Source: Nanobdellati archaeon
Lineage (GTDB): Archaea > Nanobdellota > Nanobdellia > UBA10117
NCBI GenBank assembly: GCA_016204275.1
Contig: JACQKZ010000012.1
Coordinates: forward strand, 1 to 58,259
Direction of reading: 5' to 3'
DNA length: 58,259 nucleotides
Made by a program: the position numbers and the translations under genes. Shown here piece after piece: positions 20,615 through 31,400 of this stretch. Position 1 is the first letter of the stretch, and every line of letters begins with the position of its first letter. The notes below the pieces were generated by a model. The model had not been told where the DNA came from. It saw only the letters and a program-made list of their open reading frames with translations, and made no database searches.

Positions 20615-22105
20615 ATGAGTCAAGATAAAGACCAATGGGGGCTGGCATCTAAGTCGCTCAGTACTGACCATTTGGAAATTAATGCTGAAGGACATGTTAC
20701 TATTACACCCAACGGTTTGCGCATAGATGTTTACAAATTAGCGAAACAGTACGGCACGCCACTCGAAATTCTTTTGCCGGGCATAATAACCGAGCGGGCG
20801 CAATACCTGCGCAGTTGTTTTAGCAATGCTATTGCTTTTGCGGGTTACACTGGTACGTATTCACACTGCTTCCCACTAAAGAGCAATCCCCTGCCCGATG
20901 TAGTCAGGGCTGCAGTGGCCGGCGGAACAAGCGTAGAAGTTGGTACAAATGGCGAGGCATTCATTGCTGAGAGGATGTATCACCATGGCGAGCTGGCCAG
21001 GGATGCAGTTGTAATCTGCAACGGCGCAAAAGAACAAAATTATCTTCGCAGGATTTTAGAGCTGCAGAAAAATGGCTTTAATACAATTCCCATAATAGAA
21101 GCAGAGCAGGAATATTTCTTAATAAAAGATCTTATGGGAAAACTGAATATGGATCACGTTAAAACCGGTTTGCGCGTAAGAACAGGCATCGATTTGATGG
21201 GCGCCACGCGATGGAATTCAGCAACGGAACAGAATCCATTTGGCCTGAAAACAAATGATGCCCTGCGTTTCGTTGAAGATTACATCGCAAAGGACAGCGC
21301 AGTCCAGGTAGAGGTTTTGCATAGCCATGCAGGTTCGCAAATAGAGGATTTAGAAGCAATGGTTAGTGCGATTGGCGCAGTCTCAGAAGTCTATGTAAAA
21401 TTGCGGCAAAGGATTGACGCCCTGAAATTTATTGATGTTGGCGGAGGCTTGCCAGTAGCGTATAACAAAAAACCGCTATTTTCAGTAAGTGATTATGCTA
21501 ATCGGGCAGTCCAAGTGATTAAAGAAAAATGCAACGGCGCAGGCCTGCCAGACCCAAACATAATCGTAGAAGCTGGAAGATGGACTTGCGCGCCAGCACA
21601 GTTTACAGTATTTGGCACGCATTATCCAAAACCCGTAGTTGATGGCCTTAGATTTATACGGATCGATGGCAGCCTTATGACTGACTTGCCAGACACATGG
21701 GGAGTTTCCCAGGAATTTCTAGTAGTGCCTGTGAATGGCGCACATCTGCCCGCACTAAACAAGTACTGGCTGGCCGGCATGACATGTGATTCTGATGATG
21801 TTTATCCGTCAAAAGACCATACTGGAAAGGCGATGGAGTCTTTGCCAGTTGTATTGTTGCCCGACGTTGACGAGCAGTGCAGATGGAAGGAAAACGGCGA
21901 GAAGGCATATATCGGCGTACTTGCAACAGGCGCCTACCAAGATTCTCTTAGCGGTATGAAGGGAGTAAAGCACTGTCTGGTACCAGAAGCCAAAAAAATA
22001 AGAATAGAACCGGACGGCACAATTAAAGTAATAGTTGAGCGGCCCACGCCAAGCGATGTAGCTGAGAGACTAAATTGGAAATTTAATAATAGTAATAAGA
22101 ATTAG
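20615..22105 (+). CDS. speA: PLP-dependent arginine decarboxylase (SpeA-like, short form)
   Basis: FPLKSN, HSHAGSQI, DVGGGL, LPDTWG, TCDSDD, TGAYQ. Confidence 0.82.
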   Translation: MSQDKDQWGLASKSLSTDHLEINAEGHVTITPNGLRIDVYKLAKQYGTPLEILLPGIITERAQYLRSCFSNAIAFAGYTGTYSHCFPLKSNPLPDVVRAAVAGGTSVEVGTNGEAFIAERMYHHGELARDAVVICNGAKEQNYLRRILELQKNGFNTIPIIEAEQEYFLIKDLMGKLNMDHVKTGLRVRTGIDLMGATRWNSATEQNPFGLKTNDALRFVEDYIAKDSAVQVEVLHSHAGSQIEDLEAMVSAIGAVSEVYVKLRQRIDALKFIDVGGGLPVAYNKKPLFSVSDYANRAVQVIKEKCNGAGLPDPNIIVEAGRWTCAPAQFTVFGTHYPKPVVDGLRFIRIDGSLMTDLPDTWGVSQEFLVVPVNGAHLPALNKYWLAGMTCDSDDVYPSKDHTGKAMESLPVVLLPDVDEQCRWKENGEKAYIGVLATGAYQDSLSGMKGVKHCLVPEAKKIRIEPDGTIKVIVERPTPSDVAERLNWKFNNSNKN

Positions 22106-22117
22106 TTTTAGCTTCAT

Positions 22118-24076
22118 TTACATTTTTTCTAATTTTTGTATTCCGATTAGATTAAAGCACGATTCCAGGGCTATTTGTGTAGCCCTTACTAATTCCAGCC
22201 TCATTTGCTTTTGTGCTGGGTCAGCAGTCATGACTGGGCATTTTTCGTAAAACTCGTTAAATGCCGCGCACAATCTCAAAGTATATTGCGGCAGGGCACT
22301 TACATTATATGTTTGCGAAATTGCATGTATTGTGGCTGGAAGATTTATTATCATTGACGCAAGGCGCTTATCATGTGGAGTTAACTGAGACATATCGCTC
22401 TTGACTGTCGTTGGAGTTTCACCAGCCTTTTTTAATATGTTGCTCGCCCGCACATAAGTATACAAGCAATACGGAGCAGACTCTGCAGCAAAATTAAGCA
22501 TTCTTTTTAAGTCATATACAATTTTTTTGTTGCGGTCTGAATTTATCAAGAAAAATCTTGTCGCGCCGATCGCAAGTTTTTCAGCATATTCGTTTAGCTC
22601 GCCTTCGGTTACTGCTATGTCGCGCTCGGCGAAACGTTTTTTGAATTCCTCGCTGGCCGCATGGACAATGTGGTCTAAAACAGCATCTACATGGCTGCCC
22701 ACCCAATTACCAGACCGGCCAGAGAATCTGCCTTCTGGCAGGACTGCATGTTCATACGAAAGATGATATGAATTATTTGCTTGTTCGGGGTAGCCCAAAA
22801 TGCGCAGGCTTTCCTTTACAACTTTTTGCGGCCATTTTTGCTCTTGGCCGATTACATTTATCACGTTATTTGCTGAAGCAAATGGCATGTCTGTGCCCTT
22901 CCCAACGCGAGTTGTCCATAAGACTTGGCCGTTTGGCTGTGTTAAATATGGCTCGTATTTGAAATTAATAGATGTCAGGCCAAATTTCCACATCTGGAAT
23001 GCAATGTCCTTGCCAGTGTAAACTGCAGTGCTATCTGAGCGGACAAGTATTTTATATGATTTTTTCTGATCGGCGAATTCAGGGCCAGCCGTTGACATGT
23101 CCATTACGATGCAGCCCGCATCCTCGCCTTCAGTAAGTTTGTAAACCCTGCCAGTCTTTTGCAGTTTTGCCAGCGTTTCATCAAATAATTTTACGCCAAC
23201 AATGTCGCTTTCCCATACTAGTAAATCGTAAAGAATGTTCATGCGCCCCGCAGTTTGCAGTTGGGCGCGTACGCTTTCATCCGCGAATCTTTTGGCAGCA
23301 ATTGCAGTTTCATTGTTGCCTGCTTCCATCTGGTGCAGTGTCTGCTCAATCTGATGTTTGATATTATTTTGCAAATTTTTGGTTTGTGCGGCGATTTCTG
23401 CCAGTGTTGTTTCGTTACCCTTCTCTCTGGCATCCACCTCTTTTTTTTCAAGCTGTGCGGATGTTGAGTAAACCAAACCCTGCCAAAAATCTAGTTTTGG
23501 TGCATTTTCTGGCAGGCTTTTCAAGTGCGTAATGCCCCAGTAAACTGTCGCAACTTGCCTGCCAAGGTCATCTATGTAATTAAGAACTTCAACATCCAAG
23601 CCAGCCGCCCTTGCACATCGCGCATAAACATCGCCAAGAACGGAATTTCTAGCGTGGCCCATGTGCCATGGCTTGCCAGGATTAACTCCAGTATGTTCGA
23701 TTAGGACTTTTTTGCCGCTTTTTGGCAGATTGACATACGCAGGCCCAGTTTCAAGAATATCTTTTAGCATCTGAGCCATATATTCGTTGCTGAAAGTAAA
23801 ATTTACAAATGCGTTGAACGGGACAGCTTCACTGAATTCAGGCGGCAAGGCAACAGTTCTTGCGATTTCTGCAGATATATTTTCAGGTGACTCACCGACA
23901 GCCTTAGAAAGTACAAAACATGGCAAGCAAAGATCGGCAGCGATACTTGGAGGTGGCGATGCCACAATTTCCTCTAAATCTATTTTATTTGTAGTACAAA
24001 TTTCTGATAGTGGTTGATTCTTAATTCTAACTTGGGCTAATGCCTGCATTAGTGCGGTTCTAGCTTTCATCGTCAT
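22118..24076 (-). CDS. argS: Arginine--tRNA ligase
   Basis: EHTGVNPGKPWHMGHARN, FSGRSG, YCLYTYVRA, FYEKCPV, C-terminal EKM. Confidence 0.93.
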   Translation of the reverse strand: MTMKARTALMQALAQVRIKNQPLSEICTTNKIDLEEIVASPPPSIAADLCLPCFVLSKAVGESPENISAEIARTVALPPEFSEAVPFNAFVNFTFSNEYMAQMLKDILETGPAYVNLPKSGKKVLIEHTGVNPGKPWHMGHARNSVLGDVYARCARAAGLDVEVLNYIDDLGRQVATVYWGITHLKSLPENAPKLDFWQGLVYSTSAQLEKKEVDAREKGNETTLAEIAAQTKNLQNNIKHQIEQTLHQMEAGNNETAIAAKRFADESVRAQLQTAGRMNILYDLLVWESDIVGVKLFDETLAKLQKTGRVYKLTEGEDAGCIVMDMSTAGPEFADQKKSYKILVRSDSTAVYTGKDIAFQMWKFGLTSINFKYEPYLTQPNGQVLWTTRVGKGTDMPFASANNVINVIGQEQKWPQKVVKESLRILGYPEQANNSYHLSYEHAVLPEGRFSGRSGNWVGSHVDAVLDHIVHAASEEFKKRFAERDIAVTEGELNEYAEKLAIGATRFFLINSDRNKKIVYDLKRMLNFAAESAPYCLYTYVRASNILKKAGETPTTVKSDMSQLTPHDKRLASMIINLPATIHAISQTYNVSALPQYTLRLCAAFNEFYEKCPVMTADPAQKQMRLELVRATQIALESCFNLIGIQKLEKM

Positions 24077-24248
24077 ATATTCACTATTGCATATAGATTT
24101 ATAAATGCTTCGGTTGGCATCCAGTTAATTAAACGAGCAGCGAGTTTAACTTACTTTTAACCACGCCCATTATAAAGAATATTTTTGTTGGTACCATTTT
24201 TATCTGCACCGATTGTTTTTTAAAATATATGCATTTAAACGTATTTGT

Positions 24249-24620
24249 ATGGAAATAACACCGCAGGAATTGAAAAAAGAATTAGACACAAAGAAAAAAA
24301 TCCTGATTGTCGATGTCAGGCAGCCAGAGGAATTTGATTTCGTGCATCTCGAGGGCTCGAAAAATATTCCACTGCCGGAATTCCAATCGCGCGTAAGTGA
24401 AATCCCGAAAGATGCTGGCATTGTAACTGTCTGCCATCACGGAAACAGAAGCATGCAGGCCGCAGTTATTCTAAACTCGCTTGGCTACAAAGCAAGAAGT
24501 TTGAAGGGCGGGCAGTATGAATGGGCAAAGCAGATTGATAAAAAGATGAAGTACTATAACGCAGAAACTTATTACGAAAACGGAAAAATCAAGTGCGAGG
24601 TTTGGGAAGTTAAGGATTAA
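24249..24620 (+). CDS. Rhodanese-like domain protein
   Basis: IVDVRQPEEF, CHHGNRS, LKGG. Confidence 0.9.
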   Translation: MEITPQELKKELDTKKKILIVDVRQPEEFDFVHLEGSKNIPLPEFQSRVSEIPKDAGIVTVCHHGNRSMQAAVILNSLGYKARSLKGGQYEWAKQIDKKMKYYNAETYYENGKIKCEVWEVKD

Positions 24621-25583
24621 TTATTTCTCCCAGAACTTCCTTGCCGGCGCAATAATCTTTTTCAATTCCTTCGCAACTGCGTTTTTCAAGTCCATTGGAT
24701 GGAGCTTGCCAGCCACAAAATCAGTTTCTAACTGCAAGTAGCCTTCGTAATTAACATTTCCGCCGAATTTTTCGGGCCTTTCAATCAATAATCCTTTGTC
24801 GCGCGGAAATATGATTAATTTCACCAACTGCATGACTGCGTTATTTTCTATAACTTTTGCGGGGCAGTATGCATTCTTAATTGATTTTTCAATTTCTTCG
24901 TCAGAATCGTCAAGTGAAATTCCTGAGCCAGGGATTGACTTCGACATTTTTTTGCCTGCCCCAAGAAGTGAAACTACCATTGGCGTGTGCATGCAGATTG
25001 GCTTTGGCCAGCCAACCTCAGGCAGGTTTTCCCTGGCCAGCATGTGGACTTTTCTCTGATCAATTCCGCCAAGGGCAACATCGCACCCAAGCGCTTTGAT
25101 GTCCTCTGCCTGCATCAACGGGTAAAGCATCTGCGAGATTTTTGCGTTTTCAATATCCCTTGCTAATTCCTGCATCGCCCTCAGCCCACGCTGAACGCTG
25201 ATTTTCAGCGACATATTGATAACATCCATCCAATATTCTTTTTTGAACTGAAAATCTGAGCCTTTGACAAATTCTGCATCCAATCCGAATGCTTTGATAC
25301 CTTTTTCCCATATTTTGCACTGCCTGTCGATTTCCGCCTTGTCGCCCTTGAGGTTTGTGTAGGCATGCATATCTGCCAGAAGGACTTTTACCTTGAAGCC
25401 TGCTTTCTGCAAGTCCATCAGCTTTGTAATTGTAACCATGTTGCCGAGGTGCGGAGCGCGGGACGGCTCGTATCCGCAGTAGACGACTGGATGTTTCTTT
25501 TTCTTGAGAAGTTCTGCCAACTCGCTTTCTTCTATTATCTCAACTGTGTTTCTTTTGATTAGATTTAATTTTTCAGTGTCCAT
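24621..25583 (-). CDS. tyrS: Tyrosine--tRNA ligase (archaeal type)
   Basis: YCGYEPS..PHLG, YPLMQAED, GGIDQRK, KMSKS, LHPMDLK. Confidence 0.96.
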   Translation of the reverse strand: MDTEKLNLIKRNTVEIIEESELAELLKKKKHPVVYCGYEPSRAPHLGNMVTITKLMDLQKAGFKVKVLLADMHAYTNLKGDKAEIDRQCKIWEKGIKAFGLDAEFVKGSDFQFKKEYWMDVINMSLKISVQRGLRAMQELARDIENAKISQMLYPLMQAEDIKALGCDVALGGIDQRKVHMLARENLPEVGWPKPICMHTPMVVSLLGAGKKMSKSIPGSGISLDDSDEEIEKSIKNAYCPAKVIENNAVMQLVKLIIFPRDKGLLIERPEKFGGNVNYEGYLQLETDFVAGKLHPMDLKNAVAKELKKIIAPARKFWEK

Positions 25584-26620
25584 GTTTTATTATTCTCCTT
25601 TTGGTTTATTAATGTTTGCTTGGTCCCGCAGGCCTGAGTTGAACAGGCAACCTCCCGGGCTACAGCCGGGCGCTCTGGCCATTGAGCTACTGCAGGATTT
25701 AGAGAATTAACTGCCGAGTTTGCCAGAATTTCCATTGTGTCAAAAATTTCGGAGCCATCGGACGCAATTATAAGTTGCAAATCAGTGCAGGCTAACAATA
25801 TTACATCTGCGCCGCGCTTTTTCAGGCCGGAAATTATCATGTGCAGTTTTTTTGAATCTGTTTTATTTGTCTGGCCAGTCCGCAAAACATTTTTTATCGC
25901 GCGCAGGATTGATTCTTGCTCGGTATCGTTTGGAATTACAGTGTTGATGTTTTCCTTTGCCAGCGCGTTTTGGAATAGGTTTGAATTTATTGTTGATGTT
26001 GTTGCAAGCAGGCCTGCGCATTTCACACTCTTTTCTTTGAACTCTGAAATTATTTCGTCTACAATGCTTATTATTGGAACATCTGATAGTTCACGGAATA
26101 TATCAATAAACAGATGCAACGTGTTGCATGGAATAACTATAAAATCTACATTGGCGGAATTAAGCTTTTTTATACAATCTATAGCAAACGGCAGCAAAAG
26201 CCGCGGGTTGTTGCTGATCGCCTCTTTTTCCAGGTCTAGCGGAACTGCGGCGTTTGCCAGCACTACTTTTGGCCTGCCCTTTGCCAGCTTTCTTGACAAT
26301 GAGATTAATCTTGTAAAGAACTCTGCAGTTGTTTCAGGCCCGAAACCGCCAACAACACCGATCACCGGCGCCTTTTCGCATAGGGCATCGCGCACATGCT
26401 TATTTATTTCAATTGAATGCGAATTGCCGAAAGTAACAATTCCAAGCTTCTGCAAAACCCTCAGATTATGCCAAACCGTTGATTTTGGCACATCTTTTAT
26501 AGAAGAAACAAATTGCGTAGCAGTCCCGTTAAATGAAACTAGTTTCACCAGCAAAAGCTTCTGCTTATCACTGAGAGAAAATTCAAGCAGCCGTTTGATA
26601 AAGAGAGTCCCGACTATCAA
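25565..26620 (-). CDS. Winged-HTH domain fused to Asp/Glu amino-acid racemase; reading frame runs through tRNA-Tyr
   Basis: VPKSTVWHNLRVLQKLGIV HTH; IGVVGGFGPETT, IPCNT, LACTD racemase motifs; TTG start uncertain. Confidence 0.8.
   Translation of the reverse strand: MIVGTLFIKRLLEFSLSDKQKLLLVKLVSFNGTATQFVSSIKDVPKSTVWHNLRVLQKLGIVTFGNSHSIEINKHVRDALCEKAPVIGVVGGFGPETTAEFFTRLISLSRKLAKGRPKVVLANAAVPLDLEKEAISNNPRLLLPFAIDCIKKLNSANVDFIVIPCNTLHLFIDIFRELSDVPIISIVDEIISEFKEKSVKCAGLLATTSTINSNLFQNALAKENINTVIPNDTEQESILRAIKNVLRTGQTNKTDSKKLHMIISGLKKRGADVILLACTDLQLIIASDGSEIFDTMEILANSAVNSLNPAVAQWPERPAVAREVACSTQACGTKQTLINQKENNKTWTLKN
25621..25696 (-). tRNA. tRNA-Tyr(GTA), intronless, CCA encoded
   Basis: Cloverleaf CCTGCAG/CTGCGGG, anticodon arm CCCGG-CTGTAGC-CCGGG, C1-G72 and A73. 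Confidence 0.95.
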
Positions 26621-26713
26621 CGCAATTCCTTGTTTCTTTTCTGCTCAAATCGGTTTCCATAATTGTTTGTTGTAAGATATACTTTATAAATGTTTTGTAC
26701 AACTTTTATCGCA

Positions 26714-27283
26714 CTACTTTTTCAATTCATGCGCCAAATAAATCAAAAATGGGCCTGCCCGTCCATCTGTAAAAACTGAATTTCCATAATCTGCCGCAGT
26801 CAAAACAACATTAAACATGCCAGTATCACTTGCTTCCTTGAAGTGTGACTGTAGGCCACCCCATTCATGGCGCCCCAGCCTCTTCAGCTCTGCAATATTA
26901 TCAACCCTTGCTATTAGCGCGTCTAGATTTTCTATGAAAAACAGCGGGCGGTAGTCAAAGTGCCTTACGTCTGCCCCGCCAGCCAGAATTTCGTGGCTGT
27001 CCACGGCATCGGCCATGTATTTTCTTACTTCTTCTGTTGTTTTCAACTCGCCAGCCCGTTCAGCAGAGATGAAGGCTGGCCTGCATTTTAATTTGAATTC
27101 GTTTTGCCCCAAGTACGTTAAAGTTTCCCCGTAAAGCTGGCGCAGAAATTTATTATAATCAATTGCTGGATCGTTTGTGTAGACTAAATGACCCTGCATC
27201 GTGCCGCCGGCCAGCCAGTGTGATAAGCTATCAAACCAGCGCTGCCTGATTTGGCCTTTGACTGCCCTAAGCGTTTCTGCCAT
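26714..27283 (-). CDS. Hypothetical protein, possibly degenerate P-loop fold
   Basis: Walker B-like LFFIENLD but no Walker A. Confidence 0.5.
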   Translation of the reverse strand: MAETLRAVKGQIRQRWFDSLSHWLAGGTMQGHLVYTNDPAIDYNKFLRQLYGETLTYLGQNEFKLKCRPAFISAERAGELKTTEEVRKYMADAVDSHEILAGGADVRHFDYRPLFFIENLDALIARVDNIAELKRLGRHEWGGLQSHFKEASDTGMFNVVLTAADYGNSVFTDGRAGPFLIYLAHELKK

Positions 27284-27334
27284 GTAAAATTTGCAGATTG
27301 TATATTTTATAAACCTGCCGACATAATGCATATC

Positions 27335-28111
27335 ATGGAAGTCCGTCTCCAAGTCTATCTGGCCCGTGCAGGCCTCGCTCCATCAAGGCGTAAGGCCGAG
27401 GAGCTCATCAAGGCCGGCAAGGTTTTGGTGAACAGGAAAGTTGCCACCCTCGGAACAAAAGTTGATGCAAAGAAAGACAAAATAACATTTTCCGGCGAAA
27501 AAATTGAGGCTGTAAAAAATAAAGTTTATGTTATGCTGAACAAGCCAGCCGGCTACCTTGTTGCAAAATCTGATGAACGCGGCAGGAAGCTGGCAATAGA
27601 TTTATTGCGGCAGCCCTCGGCTGACAGCAAGAAGTTGAGTGATGCAGAATTTAATTCCATCTTCAACATCGGCCGTTTGGATTTTAATTCCGAAGGCCTG
27701 CTGCTGTTCACGAATGACGGGCAGTTTGCAGACATAATCACCCACCCGCGCGAGCATGTAAACAAAACATATATAGTAAAAGTTTCGGGAAGAATTTCTG
27801 AGGAAAAAATTGGCAAGCTGTTGCGCGGCGTAAAAGTTGTTGCTGAGCAGGATGGCAAGCCAGTCGAATATTTTTCGCGGTTCAAACAAATTCGGGTTTT
27901 GGGCAGGGGGGAGTTCTCAGTAATTTTGATAAAAATTTCGCAGGGCAGGAAACGGCAGGTCCGCAGAACGCTGAGCGCAGTCGGCCATGAAGTCCTTGCC
28001 TTAAAGAGAGTCGCAATTGGAAATCTGAAACTCGGCGAGTTGCCGGCAGGAAAATGGAGGTACCTAAACTCCGGCGAGGTACGGACGATCACCCAAACAT
28101 CATCTGCTTAA
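27335..28111 (+). CDS. RsuA/RluB-family rRNA pseudouridine synthase with S4 domain
   Basis: RLQVYLARAG..SRRKAEELI, LNKPAG, IGRLDFNSEGLLLFTNDG, GRKRQVRR. Confidence 0.92.
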   Translation: MEVRLQVYLARAGLAPSRRKAEELIKAGKVLVNRKVATLGTKVDAKKDKITFSGEKIEAVKNKVYVMLNKPAGYLVAKSDERGRKLAIDLLRQPSADSKKLSDAEFNSIFNIGRLDFNSEGLLLFTNDGQFADIITHPREHVNKTYIVKVSGRISEEKIGKLLRGVKVVAEQDGKPVEYFSRFKQIRVLGRGEFSVILIKISQGRKRQVRRTLSAVGHEVLALKRVAIGNLKLGELPAGKWRYLNSGEVRTITQTSSA

Positions 28112-28379
28112 GCTCTTCAGAAGGCTGCCACGGCGGCTCGAAGGTAAGTTCTATCTCCGTACTCTTCACGCCTGCGATCTTGCAGACTTTTTCTTTTATA
28201 TCATTAATCAGCATGTCGCCGTACGGGCAGAACGGCGTTGTCAAAGTCATTTTTATATAAATAATGCCGCTCTCTTTAATCTGCAAATCGTAAATCAGGC
28301 CAAGCGTCCAGACATCAATATGAATCTCTGGATCTTCACAGTTCTTCAGGGCTTCGATAACTTCTTCTTTTGAAACCAT
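28089..28379 (-). CDS. DUF59/SufT (MIP18) Fe-S cluster assembly protein
   Basis: DPEIHIDVWTLGLIY, TLTTPFCP, FEPPW. Confidence 0.9.
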   Translation of the reverse strand: MVSKEEVIEALKNCEDPEIHIDVWTLGLIYDLQIKESGIIYIKMTLTTPFCPYGDMLINDIKEKVCKIAGVKSTEIELTFEPPWQPSEELKQMMFG

Positions 28380-28491
28380 AAACTTGGATGTATTTCGGGT
28401 TATTTAAGTATTACCCGAATATTATAAGAAGTAAGCCAGTATGGTGCGCTTCGCACGAAAGGTTTAAAAAGCCATATACAATATTGCAAGT

Positions 28492-31400
28492 ATGACTGAC
28501 GCCCCAGTTACGCCAAATAACGTACTGTCTAAATTAAACGACTTGGCTAGCAAGAAAAAACAACTGGAGCAGCAGCAAGACACAATTTTACGGGCCAAAG
28601 ATACATATGCACAGATGCGGAGACAATATTTATCAGAACTCGAACAAGTTCGGGCAGGCATGGCAAGCTACCCAAATCTTTTGGGTCTTCTGGAACAGCT
28701 AGATGCGCCAGAATTGCAGGGTTTGGAAGAGCGTGTTTCTCCATCGCCGTATCAAATAAATGCCAAAAAAATTATTGGTCCATGTGTCTTGCAGGCAATC
28801 GATGAAGTGCCTGGCGGGCTTACGATACAGCAAATTTTTGAAAAACTTGGCAGCAGGTTTACGCAAGAAGAAGTAACAAATGCTATAAATAATTATAGAA
28901 TTTTTTTGAATGCAGACGAACAGGGAAAGTATACAGTTAGTGATAGGGGCAGGGCATCGTACACACGTTCCTTGGAGCGCGCAGCACGCAGGGCTAGCCA
29001 GCCAGCGCCAACAGCCCCATTGCCAGAAACATCAGAACAGCCCGAAGATGTAGGCCACGTAAACATCCGTAACTCAGTCTTGCGCATGGTAAAACAAAAC
29101 CCAAATATCGACATGGATAGAGTTGTTAGGGAATTGCCGAATTTTACACGTTCGCAAATTCACGATGCAGAATATGTTTTACTTGAAGCTGGCTATCTCA
29201 GAGTAGACAATGGCAGGTATACACTAACAGGCGCAGGTGAAGAAAGGCTTTCCAAGCCAGGCCATGGAGACATGGCGCAAAGAATACGCGAAAAGGCACG
29301 CACAGAAACGTTAGCAGTTAATTCAAGTAAACTTGCGGCCGAGCTCGGTGTTAGCGGCACACATGTCAGAAAAGTTTTAATTGAGGAAGGCTGGCAAGTT
29401 GCGTTTAAAAAATATTTTGTGCCTGGCAGCTGGGTAAGAGGTGGCGCGCCGGAGAAAAGTATGTTGGCAGAAGCTGTAGCCGCTGGAAATTCTATCGCGA
29501 AAATCGAGCGGCATCTTCGGCAGAGGGGCATACGCATTTCTACAGACACAGTGCGCAAATATCTTAAAATGTCTGAAATAGAAACAGAATCACAAGACGC
29601 GGATAAATCAAAATTAGCAGGCCGGCAACACGATACCGGAATGACAAAAGCAATAGCTGAACTTTCGAAGGATCGCGCGATATCCTGCGCAGATTTAGCA
29701 GAAGAACATAACTTAAATACTAATCATGTTCGCAACGTTTTGCGCCGCGCAGGCTGGAAAAATGTATTTCAGAATATTTATGTGTACAAAGATATGTTTG
29801 GTGAAGATGCCGGCAAGGCAATGATAACAAAAGCGTTTGAAACCGGAAAAAACATTGCGGGCGCACAGGAATTTTTGAAAAGCATCGGCATTGATGTGCA
29901 CATATGCCAGATAGCAGAGCTGGCAAGCGAGTCTGGACTTATAAATTTGGAAGAAACAATAAAGTCCGCCGCAAAGGAAATTGGCATTGACTACGATTCA
30001 CTTGCAAGCTTGCCAACCGCAAATGTAATTATGCGGGCCATGCAGGCATTTAAGCGCAATGGCAAGGAAGAAGTTACAGTTAACGATCTTAAACTTGTTC
30101 TGCCAAAAGTACATAACAAAAGAAAGCACTACGTAATATTTGATCTTATAAAAGACAATCTTATTGAAAAAACAGGCAACGCAACTTACAGATTAACAGA
30201 AGCAGGCGAAAAATTTAGTTTAACAAAACAAAAAATTGCAGGGAAAGTGCCGTACGAAATATCATTCCCTGTTGCAGAAGCAAGCGAGGAAGCGGTGTCT
30301 GCTGGCCTGCATGCTATGCTAGAAGAAGGCGCAGGCCTCGAGGGCGTGTTGGGCGCACTGCCAGTTGAATCACAAAAAACCCGCAGCATAAAGCCTCCCA
30401 TCAAACTGAATCTAAGCGAAACGATATTGTATGTTCTGCAAAAGTCGGATATTCACTTGACAGAAAACTACTTGGCGCAGGTACTTTCGCAAAAATATAA
30501 GGCAAACGATGTCTTATCGGAAATAGAAATTTTGAAGGCTAGGGGTGCAATTAAAATCGGCCCGGCAGGCAATCTGGTAGTTAGAAAAAGTGGCCTGCGT
30601 TTATTAGCGTCAAAATTTCACCCGAAGATAAAAGAATCTGATAAAGAAGAGGCAGGCACGCTGGCCAGCGTTCTGGAAGCAGGAACACAAGGCCTGCAAA
30701 TGAGCGAGTTTGATAAAAAAGTTTTTGCAGGCATAGACAGCGGCCCAATGCAGTTGATGTATATATTATATTCTAACGACAAGCAAGAAAATGCCATAAC
30801 AACTAGGTCACAAATTGAAGAATATGTCGCGGGTAAAAAACTTGCATCTGCACAAATCGAGTTATACAGACTAAGGAAGAATGGTTTTATTGAAAATGCC
30901 GGTGGTAAAAATGGAGTATACAAATTAACAAAAACCGGCCGCGAATTTATGCGCAACATTTTCAGCGAAAGATATGTGCATGAACTGGCAGGCCAGCCGC
31001 TGGCATCACCGAAGTTTGAAGCTGGCATTGCACAGCATCTCGAAAAAAATGAAAAAGCTGAATATGCCGCGCTTCTGCTTAGTGGGGAAGGCGGTTCGTT
31101 TGGTTACACTGATGTTGAAAGAATGTTTAGTGACTTAAGCCACGTTACAATTAAGCGTACTTTTCAAAAGTTAGCTCGCGATGGTGAAATAGAGCACGTC
31201 AAAGGCACCCATTCGCAATATTTAAAACTAACTGAACGCGGAGTCAAAGCCCTCGATGATAAATTTGTAAAACTAAAAGAGGCACACACTGCGCCAGCTT
31301 CAGTTACAGCCACACATGCAGTGCCGCAATTGCCTGTGGCGCAAAACGTTCCATCATTGTTAGAAGGCATTGACATCACACCGCCGCCAGCCGTAAAAGC

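Noticed and set aside
25737..26675. 312-aa plus-strand ORF
   Set aside because: Antisense shadow of the racemase gene, no recognisable motifs
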